Source: Octopus sinensis (Eukaryota). Taken from it: a DNA stretch of 64,000 bases. Under the pieces are notes generated by a model, which worked only from the letters and a program-made list of their open reading frames with translations, did no database searches and was not told where the DNA came from. A program made the position numbers and the translations under genes. The stretch lies in NCBI RefSeq assembly GCF_006345805.1, contig NC_043012.1, positions 38,316,001 through 38,380,000 on the forward strand. Direction: 5' to 3'. Shown in pieces: positions 12,861 to 26,881 of the stretch; position 1 is the first letter of the stretch; each line of letters starts with the position of its first letter.

Positions 12861-13234
12861 AGGCATATTCTCATGTAATGCCTACTGAATGGTTTTTTTC
12901 GAGCTCAAAGGGCAGCCTTGAACCTCTTTTTGCCAAAGTATTAACACTGTATTTAACGCAATAGTTTATAGTTTTGTCTGCTCAGAGTTTCATTGTTCGA
13001 AACGAGTGCCTTACGATCGAGTGTCCTCCACTGAATTTATCCAATAACATCAAAATCACAGGATCTGTTGGTATTTGAGCTAAGGCTGGCAAGTGATCTC
13101 TCCTAATTGCAATGAATATCAAATACGAAAGTGCATTGAGTAACCAGCTAGACAAGGCATCTTCCTGGGGGGTTACAATAGCTGTATTGGTCGGTACTCA
13201 GATAAGGCCCACGCTAAAGAAGCGATAAACATTA

Positions 13235-13298
<64 letters not shown>

Positions 13299-13321
13299 AT
13301 ATATATAATATATATATATAC

Positions 13322-13352
<31 letters not shown>

Positions 13353-13474
13353 CATATATATTACATATGTATTATATACCTACATATATATTATATATAT
13401 ATATATAACATATATATATGTAATATATATATATGTAATTTATGTATGTATATATTATATATATTTAACACACA

Positions 13475-13540
<66 letters not shown>

Positions 13541-13542
<2 letters not shown>

Positions 13543-13925
13543 GGAGTGGTGTGTGGTAAGAAGCTTTCTTCCCAACCACGTGGTTTCACGTTTAGTCCCA
13601 CTGCATTGCATCTTAGGAAAGTGCATTCTACTATAGCCTCGGGTCGACCACAGACTTGAATGGATTTGGTAGACGGAAAGTGAAATAAGCCCGTCGTATG
13701 TGTGTGTGTGTGTGTGTGCTTGTGTCTGTGTTCGTCCTCCACGATCGCTTGTCAACCGATGCTGGTGTACTTACGCCCCCGTGAATTAGTGGTTGGTTCG
13801 ACAAAAGAGACCGATAGAATAAGTACTAAGCTTACAAAGAATAAGCCCTGGGGTCGATTTATTCTACTAAAGGTGGTGCTCCAGCATGGCCAATGTGAAA
13901 TGACTTAAACAAGTAAAAGAATAAA
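13541..13925 (+). mobile_element. tRNA-derived cephalopod-type SINE, family A
   Basis: Head CAGGAGTGGTGTGTGGTAAG..TTTAGTCCCACTGC, internal (GT)n, tail GGTGCTCCAGCATGGCC..AAACAAGTAAAAG; homologous to 62612-63008. Confidence 0.85.
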
Positions 13926-15216
13926 CGAATATATATAAGAGCCGGTTTCTAACCTAGATCCAAGGCTACTTCATTGGAATTTCACGAACATCAACAGGGT
14001 ACCTTTGTATGTATGGAAATACCGATGTATGCATATTATGTGCGTATGTATGCTTGGATGTATGCATGTATGTTTTTTGTATGTACGCATGTATGCATTT
14101 TTGTATGTATGTATATATGTATGTATACATGTATGTGTGTATCTATGCATAGAAGCGTGTATGTATTATGTATATATGTATGCATGCATGTATGCATGTT
14201 ACGTACGTACGTATTTATGCGTGTATGTATGTATATATGTATGAAAGTATGCATGTATATATGTACGTATTATGTGTACATGTATGTATGTATGTATAAT
14301 TCACCACTTGTATCAGTACGCTATACTCCGTCCTATACATCGTCTTCGATTTCCTTAAACTGCTTCTTTGCGGTCATAGATGTCTGCTCCTCTACACACA
14401 ACGCAGATGCACATCAACCGCCTTGTCCTTTCTAGGCTGGATTCTACGTGTAAAAATGCAGTCAGTTTCGTGGTATACGGATGCAACTCTTATCTAATGA
14501 ATGCAACCCATTTCTAAATCCTACCTTCAGATTGCGGTGCTGTAAAAAAATGATATTAATAGCTTGCATCATATCATTCAAGTTTCCATCGTTGTCGCCG
14601 TTACTTTTTACACCATATGAGTTTCCATTTCCGAAGGTGACCCTCCCACGTCTCGTCCTTATCATCGCATCGCTTTCATTAATAGCTATTTTTCGTTTAT
14701 TATTTATTTTTTTGTTTTCAGCTTTGTTAAATTTCAAAATTTTTGTTTTCATATATCCCAACATTATTTAAACACTTTCTTCTGAAGAGAGAGTCTAGTA
14801 CTTGGCATTAATGTTTTTCCTGTGAATACATCCTAATGTACCATCCCTTTATAAAGCCATCCCTATTGAATACTTCATAGACGCAAGAAGATTCTTTGGG
14901 AATATGAAACGATCTGTAAGCGCAAGACCTTTTGTACAGCGCGGCTACTGTGATGGGATTCTAAACGTTTAGAAGTTCCCCCGATTGCAAAATAATCTAA
15001 AAGAAGAAAATAAAATTATCTGCTAAATCTTGGTAATAATTCAATTTCCACGCAGTTGTCTCTAGCGACGTCCGTACGCTTCAAGAATATAACATAGTCG
15101 ACGGCTACATGAACAAGAGCAATAACAAAAAAAACAAAACAAAACAGCGTAACAACAGTAACAAAAACAAAAATTACTTTCACCACCACCACCACCACCA
15201 CCAACACCACCCCTAT

Positions 15217-15263
<47 letters not shown>

Positions 15264-15568
15264 GTACTAGTACTACTACTACTACTGCTGCTGCTGTTAC
15301 TACTACTACTACTACTACAACTGCTGCTGCTACTACTACTACTGCTGCTGCTGCTACTCCTCCTCATCCTCCTCCTCCTCCTCCTACTACTACTACAATA
15401 ACATCACATCCACGATGAATTATAATATTAATAACGATGATGCTGCTGCTGCTACAGTTGATGATGATGATGGTGTTGATGATGATGATGACGTTGATGG
15501 TAAAGATGATGGTGGTGGTGGTGGTGCTGCTGCTGCTGATGATGATGATGATTATGATGCTGATGCTG

Positions 15569-15599
<31 letters not shown>

Positions 15600-16543
15600 T
15601 AATAATAATAATGATAATAATAATAATAAATTGATTACACATATCCAAGATGTTGAATTGATAAAGGAAGACTAAATAAGTCAGTGAAGAATTCTTCCTG
15701 ACTTTCTTACAGACTTTATCGATGCAAGAGAATTGAAATTGCAACAACTAAAATGCAAAAATCAAAAATTCTGTCCGTGGAAAAGAAGTGATTTTTTTTT
15801 TTTTGTATTTCTATTTGTTGGCTTACATATCAGATTTTACAAGAAAATATATGATTTTGTCTACAGAATGGAATCTTATTAGCCTGGCACAATCATAGCT
15901 AAATTACATAGAAATCAATAAGTTGATATTCACACACATGCACACACACACACACGCAAATATACTATTCGAATGCAGAAGAAAATTACGAGCGATAATT
16001 CGTCCTAGATCACGAATAAAGATCAAACAGGCGACTACAGCGATTTGCGCTGCCATATTGCTATTTCATTGATTGGTAAATTTTCTTAACTCAATTGGAT
16101 AAAACACTTAGAGAAAGAGATTCCATATGAAAACTTGTTGGCCTTTATCCTTAAAATGTATTCACTTAACTACGGAAGCGATGTAGCCGTAACTAATGTT
16201 GAATTGAATCAATCATTCTGATTTAAATCAAATAGAAACATGATGTCCGTACAACGATCAGTTTAAGATTACTGAACCATATTCATATTTATAGTATAAT
16301 ACGTCTCTTCAGCCTCGTTTGCAAACTATGCTCGCTTGCGTATGGTCCGTTCTTTGAACGTTGGACATTAAATGTGCAGACGAACAAAGTTTATTTAAGG
16401 AAATTGTGCAACGATTGCAAGTGAGTGCACCGAATTAGACGTCGCGGCACCTCCAGGAACTTTCCAACATTCAACACATCAATTAGTGGTTTGCATCTTC
16501 AAATTCGTTACTGACTACTACTACTACTACTACTACTACTACC

Positions 16544-17000
16544 GAGTGAGGGAGCAGCGCAAGCGATCAAAGTAACATTGGGATACAAATATACGAAGTT
16601 CACTATATCCATCTAGACCAACTGTTTGATACATGCATTAAAACCATTTATGCGTGATATGTTGACGTCATATAAAGAAAAACAGCGCATGACCTTGCAG
16701 GTGGGGCCCAGTCAGAATTTCCTTCAGGTCGAGGAGCTAATCCCGCTCAAAACGTTCCTGAATAAACGTAGTTTAAGGATGACGAAGGAACCTTCCATGT
16801 TTCCAGAGGTAAATTATTCAAACTCTAAAAAAGTCATTTCAACACATGGTTATGATGCTCCCCCCACCGCTCTTGCACATTATCAGTGATGCATATATCG
16901 TCAGCCAATAAGGGACACGCACAAGTGGTTATGGTCAAGCAGCTGACAAGCAAATTTGTGGTATTGTGTAGAATATTTCCTGAAGCCCATCTTTATTATT
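16544..17000 (-). mobile_element. Unclassified retroposon family C, copy 1 (diverged)
   Basis: Aligns by eye with 18061-18610 (ACCTTGCAGGTGGGGCCCAG, ATGTTTCCAGAGGT, GATGCTCCCCC); preceded by (ACT)n. Confidence 0.7.
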
Positions 17001-17239
17001 ATTTATAGGATTGAGGTAACTCCTCCAGAAGATATAGAACCAAAACAGAAAAAAGAAAAGGACAGAAGTATCATTGTCCTCAAGTGAATTATATTTTGAC
17101 ATCCTATAAATATTAACCAAAATGAAGTAGATTGACAAGTTTATTTTTTGAACCTGTGGAAGACACACGAGATGTCGAAATATTGTTCGCTTGATTGCAA
17201 TGGCACTCTTCTCCTTTTTGTTATCATTATTATTTTTTG

Positions 17240-17301
<62 letters not shown>

Positions 17302-17344
17302 CATCATTATTATTATTGATATTATCATTATTGTCATTATTATT

Positions 17345-17556
17345 CGAGCTAACAAAATTGTTAGCTCGCTGAATAATATGCTTAGCTTAGCGGTATTTCG
17401 CTCGTCGCTACGTTCTGAGTTCAAATTCTACCGATGTCGACTTTACTTTTCATACTTTCGGGGTCGATAAATTAAGTACCAGCGAAACACTGTGGTCGAA
17501 ATAATCGACTACTTCCTTCCCCCCAGATTCGAAGTGTTGTCCCTCCACTACAAAAG
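17345..17556 (+). mobile_element. SINE family B copy
   Basis: GTTCTGAGTTCAAATTC B-box-like motif, TTTCGGGGTCGATAAATTAAGTACCAG body, (ATT)n flanks. Confidence 0.8.
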
Positions 17557-17626
<70 letters not shown>

Positions 17627-17652
17627 GTGGTAGTAGTAGTAGTAGTAGTATT

Positions 17653-18015
17653 AAGGTGGCGATCTGGCAGAAACGTTCCCAGTTCAAATTCCGCCGAGGT
17701 TGACTTTGCTTTTCAACCTTTTGGGGTCGATAAATTAACTACCAGTTGTGTACTGGGGTCGATCTAATCGACTAGCCCCTTCCCCTAAAATTTCGGGCCT
17801 TGTGTCTAGAATAGAAAAGAAACGTTAGCATGTCGGGCAAAATGTTTAGCGGCACTTCGTCCATGGGTACGTTCTGTGATCAAATTCCGTCGCGATAAAC
17901 TTTGCCTTTCATCCTTTCAGGGTCGATAAATTAAGTATCAGTGAAACACTGGAGACGATGTAATCGAGTAGTCCCTTCATCCAAAATCTCAGACCTGCTA
18001 AGTATAGCAGAACGG
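17653..18015 (+). mobile_element. SINE family B, dimeric copy
   Basis: Head AAGGTGGCGATCTGGCAGAAACGTT, two tandem bodies, (ATT)n tail 18016-18060. Confidence 0.8.
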
Positions 18016-18060
<45 letters not shown>

Positions 18061-18610
18061 GAGTGAGCGAGCAGAGCATGCCATCAAAGTGACACTGGGG
18101 TAAAATATTCAAAGCCCAGTATACCCATCATGACTACCCGTCTGATAAGGGTACACCAGGCACATGCATCACAACCATATGTGCGCGACATGGTGATCTC
18201 ATATCAAGATAAACAGCACATGGACCTTGCAGGTGGGGCCCAGTTAGATTTTTTTCAGGTTGAGTAACCCATCCCGCTCAAAAGGTCCCTGAATAAGGGT
18301 TGTTTAAGGACGTTGAACGAAAACACCATGTTTCCAGAGGTGAATTATTCAAACCCCCAAAGAATCCTCTCAACACATGGCTATGATGCTCCCCCACTAC
18401 TTCTGCTCGTGATCAGAGATGCACATATCGTCAGCCACCATGGGACATGCTCAACTGGTTAAGGTCAAACAACTGACAAGCAAATCTGTGGTATTGAGCA
18501 GAATATTTGCTGTAGCCCATTTCTTTTTACCAAGACAAAACAATGTACATGATAACACTTCCAATCAGTTAAGATCAGAAGCCATGAGAGCCACTGCCTG
18601 GTACTGCATT
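18061..18610 (-). mobile_element. Unclassified retroposon family C, copy 2
   Basis: Second copy, preceded by (ATT)n; orientation inferred from the simple-repeat tail. Confidence 0.7.
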
Positions 18611-18660
18611 ATTATTATTATTATTATTGTTGTTGTTGTTGTTGATGTAGTTGTTATTGT

Positions 18661-18863
18661 TAAGGCAGCGCGCTGGAAGAATTGTTAGCACTCTGGGAAA
18701 AATTGTTAGCGCCATGTCATCTATCTTCCCGTTCGGAGTTCAAATTCTGCCACAGTTGACTTTGCCTTTCATCTTTTTAGGGTCGATTATATAAATACCA
18801 GTTGACTGAATCGAATTACCGCCTCCCCACCAAATTCCAGGCCTTGTGCCTATAGTAGAAAAG

Positions 18864-18864
<1 letters not shown>
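18661..18864 (+). mobile_element. SINE family B copy
   Basis: Same head and body; flanked by (ATT)/(GTT)n and (ATT)n. Confidence 0.8.
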
Positions 18865-18926
<62 letters not shown>

Positions 18927-18939
18927 TTATCATTCTTAT

Positions 18940-19160
18940 AGTGGCGGTCAGCTGGCAGTATTGTTAATGCGCTGGACGAAATGCTTAGCGGTATTACGTC
19001 CGTCTTCATGTTCTGAGTTTAAATTCCGCCGAAGTCGACTCTGTCTGTCACACTTTCGGGCTTGATAAATCAAATACCAGTTGAACACTGGGGGATTCGA
19101 TGTAATCCACACATCCCCTCCCCCCAAATTGCTGCCCTTGTGGCAAAATTTTAAACGATA
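18940..19160 (+). mobile_element. SINE family B copy
   Basis: GGCGGTCAGCTGGCAG head, GTTCTGAGTTTAAATTCCGCCGAAGTCGAC body. Confidence 0.8.
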
Positions 19161-19751
19161 ATCCTTAATAAACTTCCTTCTTTTTCTTTTTCTTCCTCTT
19201 CTTCTTCTTCTTCTTCTTCTTCTTCTCATTCTTTTCTTCTTCTTCTTCTTCTTCTTCTTCTTCTTCTTTTTCTTCTTGTTCTTTTTCTTTTTCTTTTTCT
19301 TTTTATCGATGAAGATGTAGCATTTCCTTTGATGTAGTCCATCTTGTTATTACTTAATTCTGCATCTAAATTATTGGCTGCGAAGCCAGTTTACTGAAGT
19401 CAGGACAAGAAATATCGAAACAAGTCTGCCCCACCCCGCAAACAATAAATGTGTAGAGAAGAAATAAGACCAACATATACATATGAACATAATAAACTAA
19501 AATAAAAATACATATCAATGTAACAGTGTACTTATTTCATTCTCTAGACATGCCACGCTGTTTTTATGTTAGTCACTGTTTAAAAGACACTTGCAATAAC
19601 ATAGACCAATATGCACAGATTTGTACAATAATCTCACACTCATGCAGACACACACACACGCAAACGTATCCATATACAAATATTTGGGCACACAAATACT
19701 CAGGTATATACGTGCATATATATTTATTACATATATACATGTATATATATA

Positions 19752-19830
<79 letters not shown>

Positions 19831-19831
19831 A

Positions 19832-19863
<32 letters not shown>

Positions 19864-20060
19864 TAATATATATATATATATATATACACATATATATATA
19901 ATGTATAAAACGCATATAAATATGTGTGTACCTACATATGTATATATGCATATATTAGTTTTATATATAAACATATATATATATGTATATTTATATATAT
20001 GTATATTATATATATTATATATATTATATTTATTATATAGATGTATATGTATGTATATGT

Positions 20061-20091
<31 letters not shown>

Positions 20092-20376
20092 TTTGTTATA
20101 CATATATGTACATGTATATATATATATTATATATATATATATATACATTATATATTATATTATATATAGGTATGTGTATATATATTTACACACGTACTAT
20201 ATATACAAGTGTTAATTCGCAAGCAGAAAGATGTCATGCGTGCAGATACCACTGCGTATATTCATGAGTCTGTCTTTAGGTTTGAGCGTATATAAAGGTG
20301 ACTGTACACGTCTCTGTATAAAATTGGTCTCTTGAATTTCTTCTATACATTCTATCTCTTCGTCTTCGTCCTCCTT

Positions 20377-20413
<37 letters not shown>

Positions 20414-20460
20414 CCATCATCATCATCACCATCATCACCATCATCATCATCACCATCATT

Positions 20461-20512
<52 letters not shown>

Positions 20513-21001
20513 CAATCGCCACCAACACGAAAAAACAAAATGGATGAATATGTTTCATCGAATTTTCTATAATTTACTGTCGACATCATTAACAAAACCA
20601 ACATTAATAACATCATGCTCATCCCCATCGCTATCATCATCATTGTCGTCATCATCATCATCATCAGCCACAGTCAAAGGAGCAACAACAGCAGCAACAT
20701 CAGCGGTAGCGTCAGTACCATCAACTGCAGCAGCCACCTACGGAAACCAAGTTTGGACGCAACAGAAATACCATAAATAACAACAACAACAACAACAACA
20801 CCAGCAATATCAACAACGATAATAACAAATGGCAACCGAATTGAAACAATAACATGCATATTACCATGTACAATAAGACAGCAGAAAGATCAAACAGCAG
20901 CCATGATAAGAACACGAACAACAACATGTATTTGTGCGTGTATGTAGGTAGATACATACATATACATATATATATGTATGTGTCTATATATAAATATATG
21001 T

Positions 21002-21054
<53 letters not shown>

Positions 21055-21307
21055 AGGGTTTGTGTCTGCTTATGCATATTAATGGATTTTCGTTGGCGAG
21101 AAAGTTCTAGGTGTTGTCAGAAAAGAACGGGGAAGTTATTTACCAAAGTAATCTGCATCATATATATACATACTGACATGTTTACACCATACACACACAC
21201 GCACTCACTCACACACACATACCTATTCATTATATCTGTTTATGTATGTATTATATATTTACTTATATATATGTATATATATTTATATTTATATATATAT
21301 ACATACT

Positions 21308-21353
<46 letters not shown>

Positions 21354-21362
21354 ATATATCTA

Positions 21363-21405
<43 letters not shown>

Positions 21406-21499
21406 TATATATATATATACGTATATGCATACATACATGCATACATACACATATTAGAGTGATGGCGCAAAGCAGAGTTTATGTATAATCACAAATTTG

Positions 21500-22750
21500 G
21501 TTAGTTAAAAAATGGTTGTCACATATTTCAACTGCTGAAGGCAAATACACTGCAGTTCCCATTGGGGAAAAAATCTCTTATGGTAAAAAGGTGTGAAAAC
21601 ACCCAGTTTTTTCAGTGTCGCCCTCTCTCGGAAATCAACATGCCGGAAGCCCCAATACGAACATTTCAGAATGTTTAGGTGTCAATCTGAGGACAGCGCA
21701 GTATATTCGGAAAGAGCTGGACGAGTCCAGCGGTGATTACGAAGGTACGGCAGGTCGGAAGACTCATTCTCAACGCTTTGATTACAAAAGAACTGCAGAA
21801 TCTCATGGTGAGATCCAGACCATGATTGACAACGATCCCTCCAAGTGAATCATGTCCATCGCCATGGATATGGGATTGTCTGAGATTCTTATCAGCCAGG
21901 TAGTGTATGAAGACATTCGATATTCCTCATACAAGATGAGAAAGGGCCAATTTTTATCCCAAACCACCAAAGACAGAAGGAAAAAACTGCGCTACAAAGC
22001 TTTTCAACAAACTCAAGCATCTCTTCCAACCGAACATGCTTTGGTTCTTCTCAGACAATAACAATTTCTGCCAGGATCAGATTGCGAACACACAGAACAA
22101 CCATTGGCTTGCTGTGTCCCTAAAACATGGACCGAGAGTGATAAAAATCAGACATCGAATCAACATCATGGTGTTTGGAGTGACCACTAGTGATGGCGAC
22201 GTTATGCCTCCATTCATCTACCCACACGGCTTTAGACTCAACACAGATGCTTATATCAAGTGCCTGGAGGAGGTAGTGCTGCGTTGAGTCAAGAGGGTGG
22301 CTGTTGGAAGACCCTATGTCTGGCAACAGAACTGTGCACCATGCCACACAAGCAGGGGAACCCAGTCATGACTCTAAAACAATTTCTGCGACCACACCAT
22401 CGATAACATCTGGATATCTAACTCCCCTGGCTACATCCCTCTTGATTATTATGTGTGGGATGCAGTAGAGCGGGATGCCAACAAAACTCCTTGTAACACC
22501 AAAGAGAAACTGAACGCAATAGTTGTCAGCATTGAACAACTTGAACAAGAAGACAGTCCATAAGAGTTGCAAGAGATTCCAAAGTTGTCGAAAGGTCGTG
22601 GTTGAAGGCAATGGCGATATTATTAAATAATTTTACTCTTTAGTATTTCAAGATATTTTTATGTAATTTTGGTAAATATATCTGTTAAAATGAGATGTCT
22701 CTTTTCATTTTTACGTAATTTTGACGACAATTTATTCACCACACCCTGTA
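21500..22750 (+). mobile_element. Tc1/mariner transposon of the DD37D (maT) type, decayed
   Basis: WFFSD, VFGVTTSDG..MPP, then WQQN(for D)CAP-x37-LDYYVW in one frame at 22321-22455; right end CACCCTG-TA at 22742-22750. The left TIR was not found, so the start is approximate. Confidence 0.85.
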
Positions 22751-23109
22751 TAAAAAAACTGTTGTGAGAGAAAGAGATGAGTAATAGATATATATTAAGA
22801 GGAAGAAATATGGTGAGACTGATAGAGGTCAATATCTCTGCAAGAATGCATCAGTTAATAAGATTCATTGCAGTCAGGGATTGCATAGTCTATAGCGACT
22901 GTCAGCAATACAGTCAAGTACACGGTTTTGGGTGATTCAATTTTGAAAAAAACACCGTTCCTGCCATTTCTTGTCATAAAACAACTTATTCACTATCGCT
23001 CAGAGCCAAGTACAGTATAAATTTGTATGTGTGTGTGTGTGTATGTGTGTGTGTCTGTATGTATGTATATACATACATACACATACACACACAACACACA
23101 CACATATAT

Positions 23110-23145
<36 letters not shown>

Positions 23146-23547
23146 GCTAGATAGCTAGATAGATAGATAGGTGGATACTTGGATTGGAGGATAGACAGAG
23201 AGGCGGACAAATATATTTTCACACACAAATACATACACACAAACTCACGTATTTAAGTGATGCATATGTATCTATAATCGCCACGTGGCAATCAAATGTG
23301 TTGCCATCATTGGTCTATATACATAACCGATATATTTCGTGCCATAAGCCCAATATTTCTACTCTCTCTTTCTCTCTCGTCCTATCAAATACAAACAGAC
23401 AGTCCCATTCTCACACATCATTCCTATACACACTTGCCTTCCGAATCCTTGCATGCATGTTGATCTATAGTCACACACCCATCATGCACGTTGTCTGAAG
23501 GCTCAGGATCGTACGTTCAGCTTTCATCTTTCTGTCTCTCTCATTTC

Positions 23548-23639
<92 letters not shown>

Positions 23640-23652
23640 TTATCTATCTATC

Positions 23653-23695
<43 letters not shown>

Positions 23696-23696
23696 C

Positions 23697-23733
<37 letters not shown>

Positions 23734-23959
23734 GCTCTCTATCTCTCTCACTCCCTCTCTCTCTCTATCTCTCTCACTCCCTCTCTCTCTCTATCAATCT
23801 GTTTGCCTTTTTGCCTGTCCGTTTGTCTGTATATCTGTCCTCTCTCTTCTCTCTCTCTTTCTCTCTGTCTGTGTGTTTATCTGCCTATCTCTCTCTCTGC
23901 CCATCTGTATGTACTTATAGTCATACGCTCGCAATAATTAAGGTGTTGATTGAAAATAC

Positions 23960-24236
23960 CTTCTGCCTGCACTCCAGCAGTATGTAGTAATTGTACAGGC
24001 AGTGGTATTTGTGATGGTGTTGGCGTTATTTCTGTTAGTGGTGTGGGCTGTGGTGTTTGTGTTACTATTACACCAGCTGTTGATCCTTTGAGAGGAGTAA
24101 AATATGTCCGGTAGGCGGCCACCACAGAAGCACCGTTATATGCGATGGTGTCCACGTGATATCTTTTTAGTTTGTAGCATTCAATATGGCAGCTGTTCAC
24201 TTCCAGTTTTCATTCCAGAAACTGATGATATCAGAG
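23960..24236 (-). CDS. Candidate exon of an unidentified host gene
   Basis: Acceptor TTTACATCCATTTTAG, donor GAAG|GTATTT, complex Thr/Pro-rich open frame ([34 protein letters not shown]). The first ~35 nt would need a 1-bp indel to be in frame. Confidence 0.3.
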
Positions 24237-24849
24237 CTAAAATGGATGTAAATTTAAATTGACTGTGGAATCAGTTTATACATATTATCGAACTGTTCCG
24301 ATCTATTGGTAAGCCATTCGTTGATTCTTTAACTTTATCTGCTCTTCTATTCCCAGCATATCTCGAGAGACTCACTCCATACGCTCTAATAGGTAACACG
24401 ATAAAACATTTAAAACTCTTAATTTCCCAATTTATTCTAAATCTAATAAAGATATTTCGGTTTAATTAATGTAACAAAATTAGTGAATTTAATATTTTTT
24501 AATGAAAATCTAATTAAAAGATTATAGTTTAATATAAGAAAATTAATGATGTAGAACCTTATTTAAAATCTAATTTAAACATATAAGTTTAATTAATATA
24601 ACAGAATTAACGATCTTGATCCTTTTTTCGAATTCCAATTAAATGAATTTAGATCAATTAACATAACAAAACGAATAAGCTTGCTGCTGTAATAGCAGAG
24701 TTGCATAGGGCAATATCAATTTGGAAACAGTTTTAAATACCTTAAATTAACTAGTTCACCACAGTTTAATTAATTAGCCAACGCCTAATTGTCGAGCTTG
24801 ATCAACCAATGATATCCGACTTCCAAAATTCGGTAGTCTTTTAGGAATT

Positions 24850-25600
24850 GATTTTGATTCTACAAATTCTTCTTCACTGCCTCTTTTTGTGGGGAATTCT
24901 GAAAAGACAAAAGCATTAACATCCTTATACGTATATTCAGACATGTGTCCTTATCTTGATTGCTATGCTCAAATGATTTCAACCATTGTTCCCGCCTCTC
25001 CCTTTTTCGAGAATCACCATATTAGTTGTTGTTGGCACAACGTTTCGATCGTTGTACCCTGCAGCATTCTTAAGGTACCGATTATATTCACTATTTGATT
25101 GCCCCCATGGGACACGACACCTAGGAGTCTACTCACTAATATAGCTGCGGAATACGAACCATCTGCTTCTGTAGATTTTAATAAAGGGATCAGTCGGAAA
25201 CTCCAAGGTAGTTACGGATATGGTAGATATTTGAAAGGGGCAGACTGGACATATTGCTGAAATGTGAATATAAGGAGCAAAGTGGGGACAACGATCTGAA
25301 TTAATCTGTGTTTAAGTTTCCAATATATCAAACAAGTCTTCAAGGCGTAGATTCATTTGTAGGGCATGAACCAGTCAAGAGGAATAGGGATGGATGAAGG
25401 GGTAAGAGAAAGAAAAAGGGGATAATAGTTTAGAGTGGAGGTCTTCTGGGTGTTAAAGGTAGCATTCCCAGATGCATAGATGGGGAGTTCTTGTTTCTTC
25501 TAACTCAGAAACCCCACCTGTCACGTATTGTGGTTCTGGAACATTTCATCCAGAAACTGTCTCATAATTTGTCATTAAAGGAGAAGAACCTTACGACTTG
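24850..25600 (-). mobile_element. Possible old Penelope-like relic
   Basis: Minus strand 25035-25078: GTAC-CTTAAGA..GAAA-CGT-T-GTGC degenerate hammerhead; flanking non-microsatellite sequence. Boundaries uncertain. Confidence 0.35.
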
Positions 25601-25699
25601 CTAGATAAAAAAAAGGACGGCAAACTGTTGGAGCTACCATTCTTAAACTGAGAAAAGACATAGAGTACTCTAGTCCCATATACATGTAAGTGTGCGTGC

Positions 25700-25745
<46 letters not shown>

Positions 25746-25842
25746 GTGTGTGTGTGTGGCGTATGTGTGTACGTGCGTGTTTGCCTTTCTGAGGGTTCGT
25801 ACATGCGTTCGTTTACGATCACGTAACTTATATATATATATA

Positions 25843-25843
<1 letters not shown>

Positions 25844-25873
<30 letters not shown>

Positions 25874-26016
25874 AAGAAGAAGAAGAAGAAGAAGAAGAAG
25901 AAGAAGAAGAAGAAGAAGAGAAGAAGAAGAAGACGAAGAAAAGAAAAAGAGAAGAAGAAGAAGAAGAAGAAGAAGAAGAAGAAGAAGAAGAAGAAGAAGA
26001 AGAAGAAGAAGAAGAA
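25844..26016. repeat. (GAA)n tract
   Basis: Direct reading. Confidence 0.95.
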
Positions 26017-26231
26017 GGATGAGGTTGTGCTTCGCTTGATGCGTCGTAGTACAGGAGTAGAACACTGAATGAAATGGGAAAGAGTGAAAGCTTCTGACAA
26101 TGAAGGTTTCAGAAAGTTTTTTAAAAAAACCTTCCTGCATTGTTAAAGCTTTCTTCATTTCCCGATCCATTCATTTATTCTTTCACACACGCGCGCACAC
26201 ACACACATAAACATACACGCATGTATAAATG

Positions 26232-26552
26232 AGGAGGAGACACCCTTCGATCCTGACTGACCATGGGATTGCACCTAGAAAGTTACACTCCAAGGCACAA
26301 GTCCGGACAAGGTTGTTTATGGATGACCAGCAGCCGGCCATGCATACCAGCCTCCCCTCTCCACGCCACCACTGTTATCCAGGGGAAAGGCAAAGGGGCC
26401 GATACAGCTTGGCACCTGTGACGTCGCAATTCATTTCTACGGCTGGGTGAACTGAAGAAACGTGAAATAAAGTGTCTTGGTCAAGAACACAACACGCAAC
26501 TCGGTCTAGGATTCGAACTCACAACCTCACGATCGAAAGCTCGATGCTCTAA
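26232..26552 (-). mobile_element. tRNA-derived SINE family D (CORE-like centre)
   Basis: Reverse complement: GGTGCAGTAGTTAGAGCATCG..GAGTTCGAATCC B box, TGTGTTCTTGACCAAGACACTTTATTTCAC. Related relics near 58665-58760 and 60385-60490. Confidence 0.75.
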
Positions 26553-26564
26553 CTACTGCACCTT

Positions 26565-26595
<31 letters not shown>

Positions 26596-26739
26596 TTAAA
26601 TAATGTGGGAGACAAATTTAATATTAATTTAATTAATACCAATTTAAAACAGTAGCCTAGCATAGAAAAATCTGAAAAATCAGAGAATTCAGAGAAACTG
26701 CATGTACACACACACACACACACACCACACATACATATA

Positions 26740-26837
<98 letters not shown>

Positions 26838-26881
26838 GCAACATACATACATATATATATATATATATAATATATATATAT

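Noticed and set aside
14462-14764. 100-aa minus-strand ORF with a possible donor (AAG|GTAGG at ~14526)
   Set aside because: No recognisable domain, no clear acceptor; AT-rich chance ORF not excluded.
15705-15790. Strong-looking splice acceptor/donor signals on both strands
   Set aside because: Conflicting orientations, very short peptides, no homology I can recognise.
19526-21488. YIYI, poly-I, poly-D and poly-M ORFs here and throughout the window
   Set aside because: Translations of (TA)n, (ATT)n and (GAT)n tracts.
21400-21500. Left TIR of the DD37D element
   Set aside because: No CAGGGTG-type match to the right end was found; probably eroded by microsatellite expansion.
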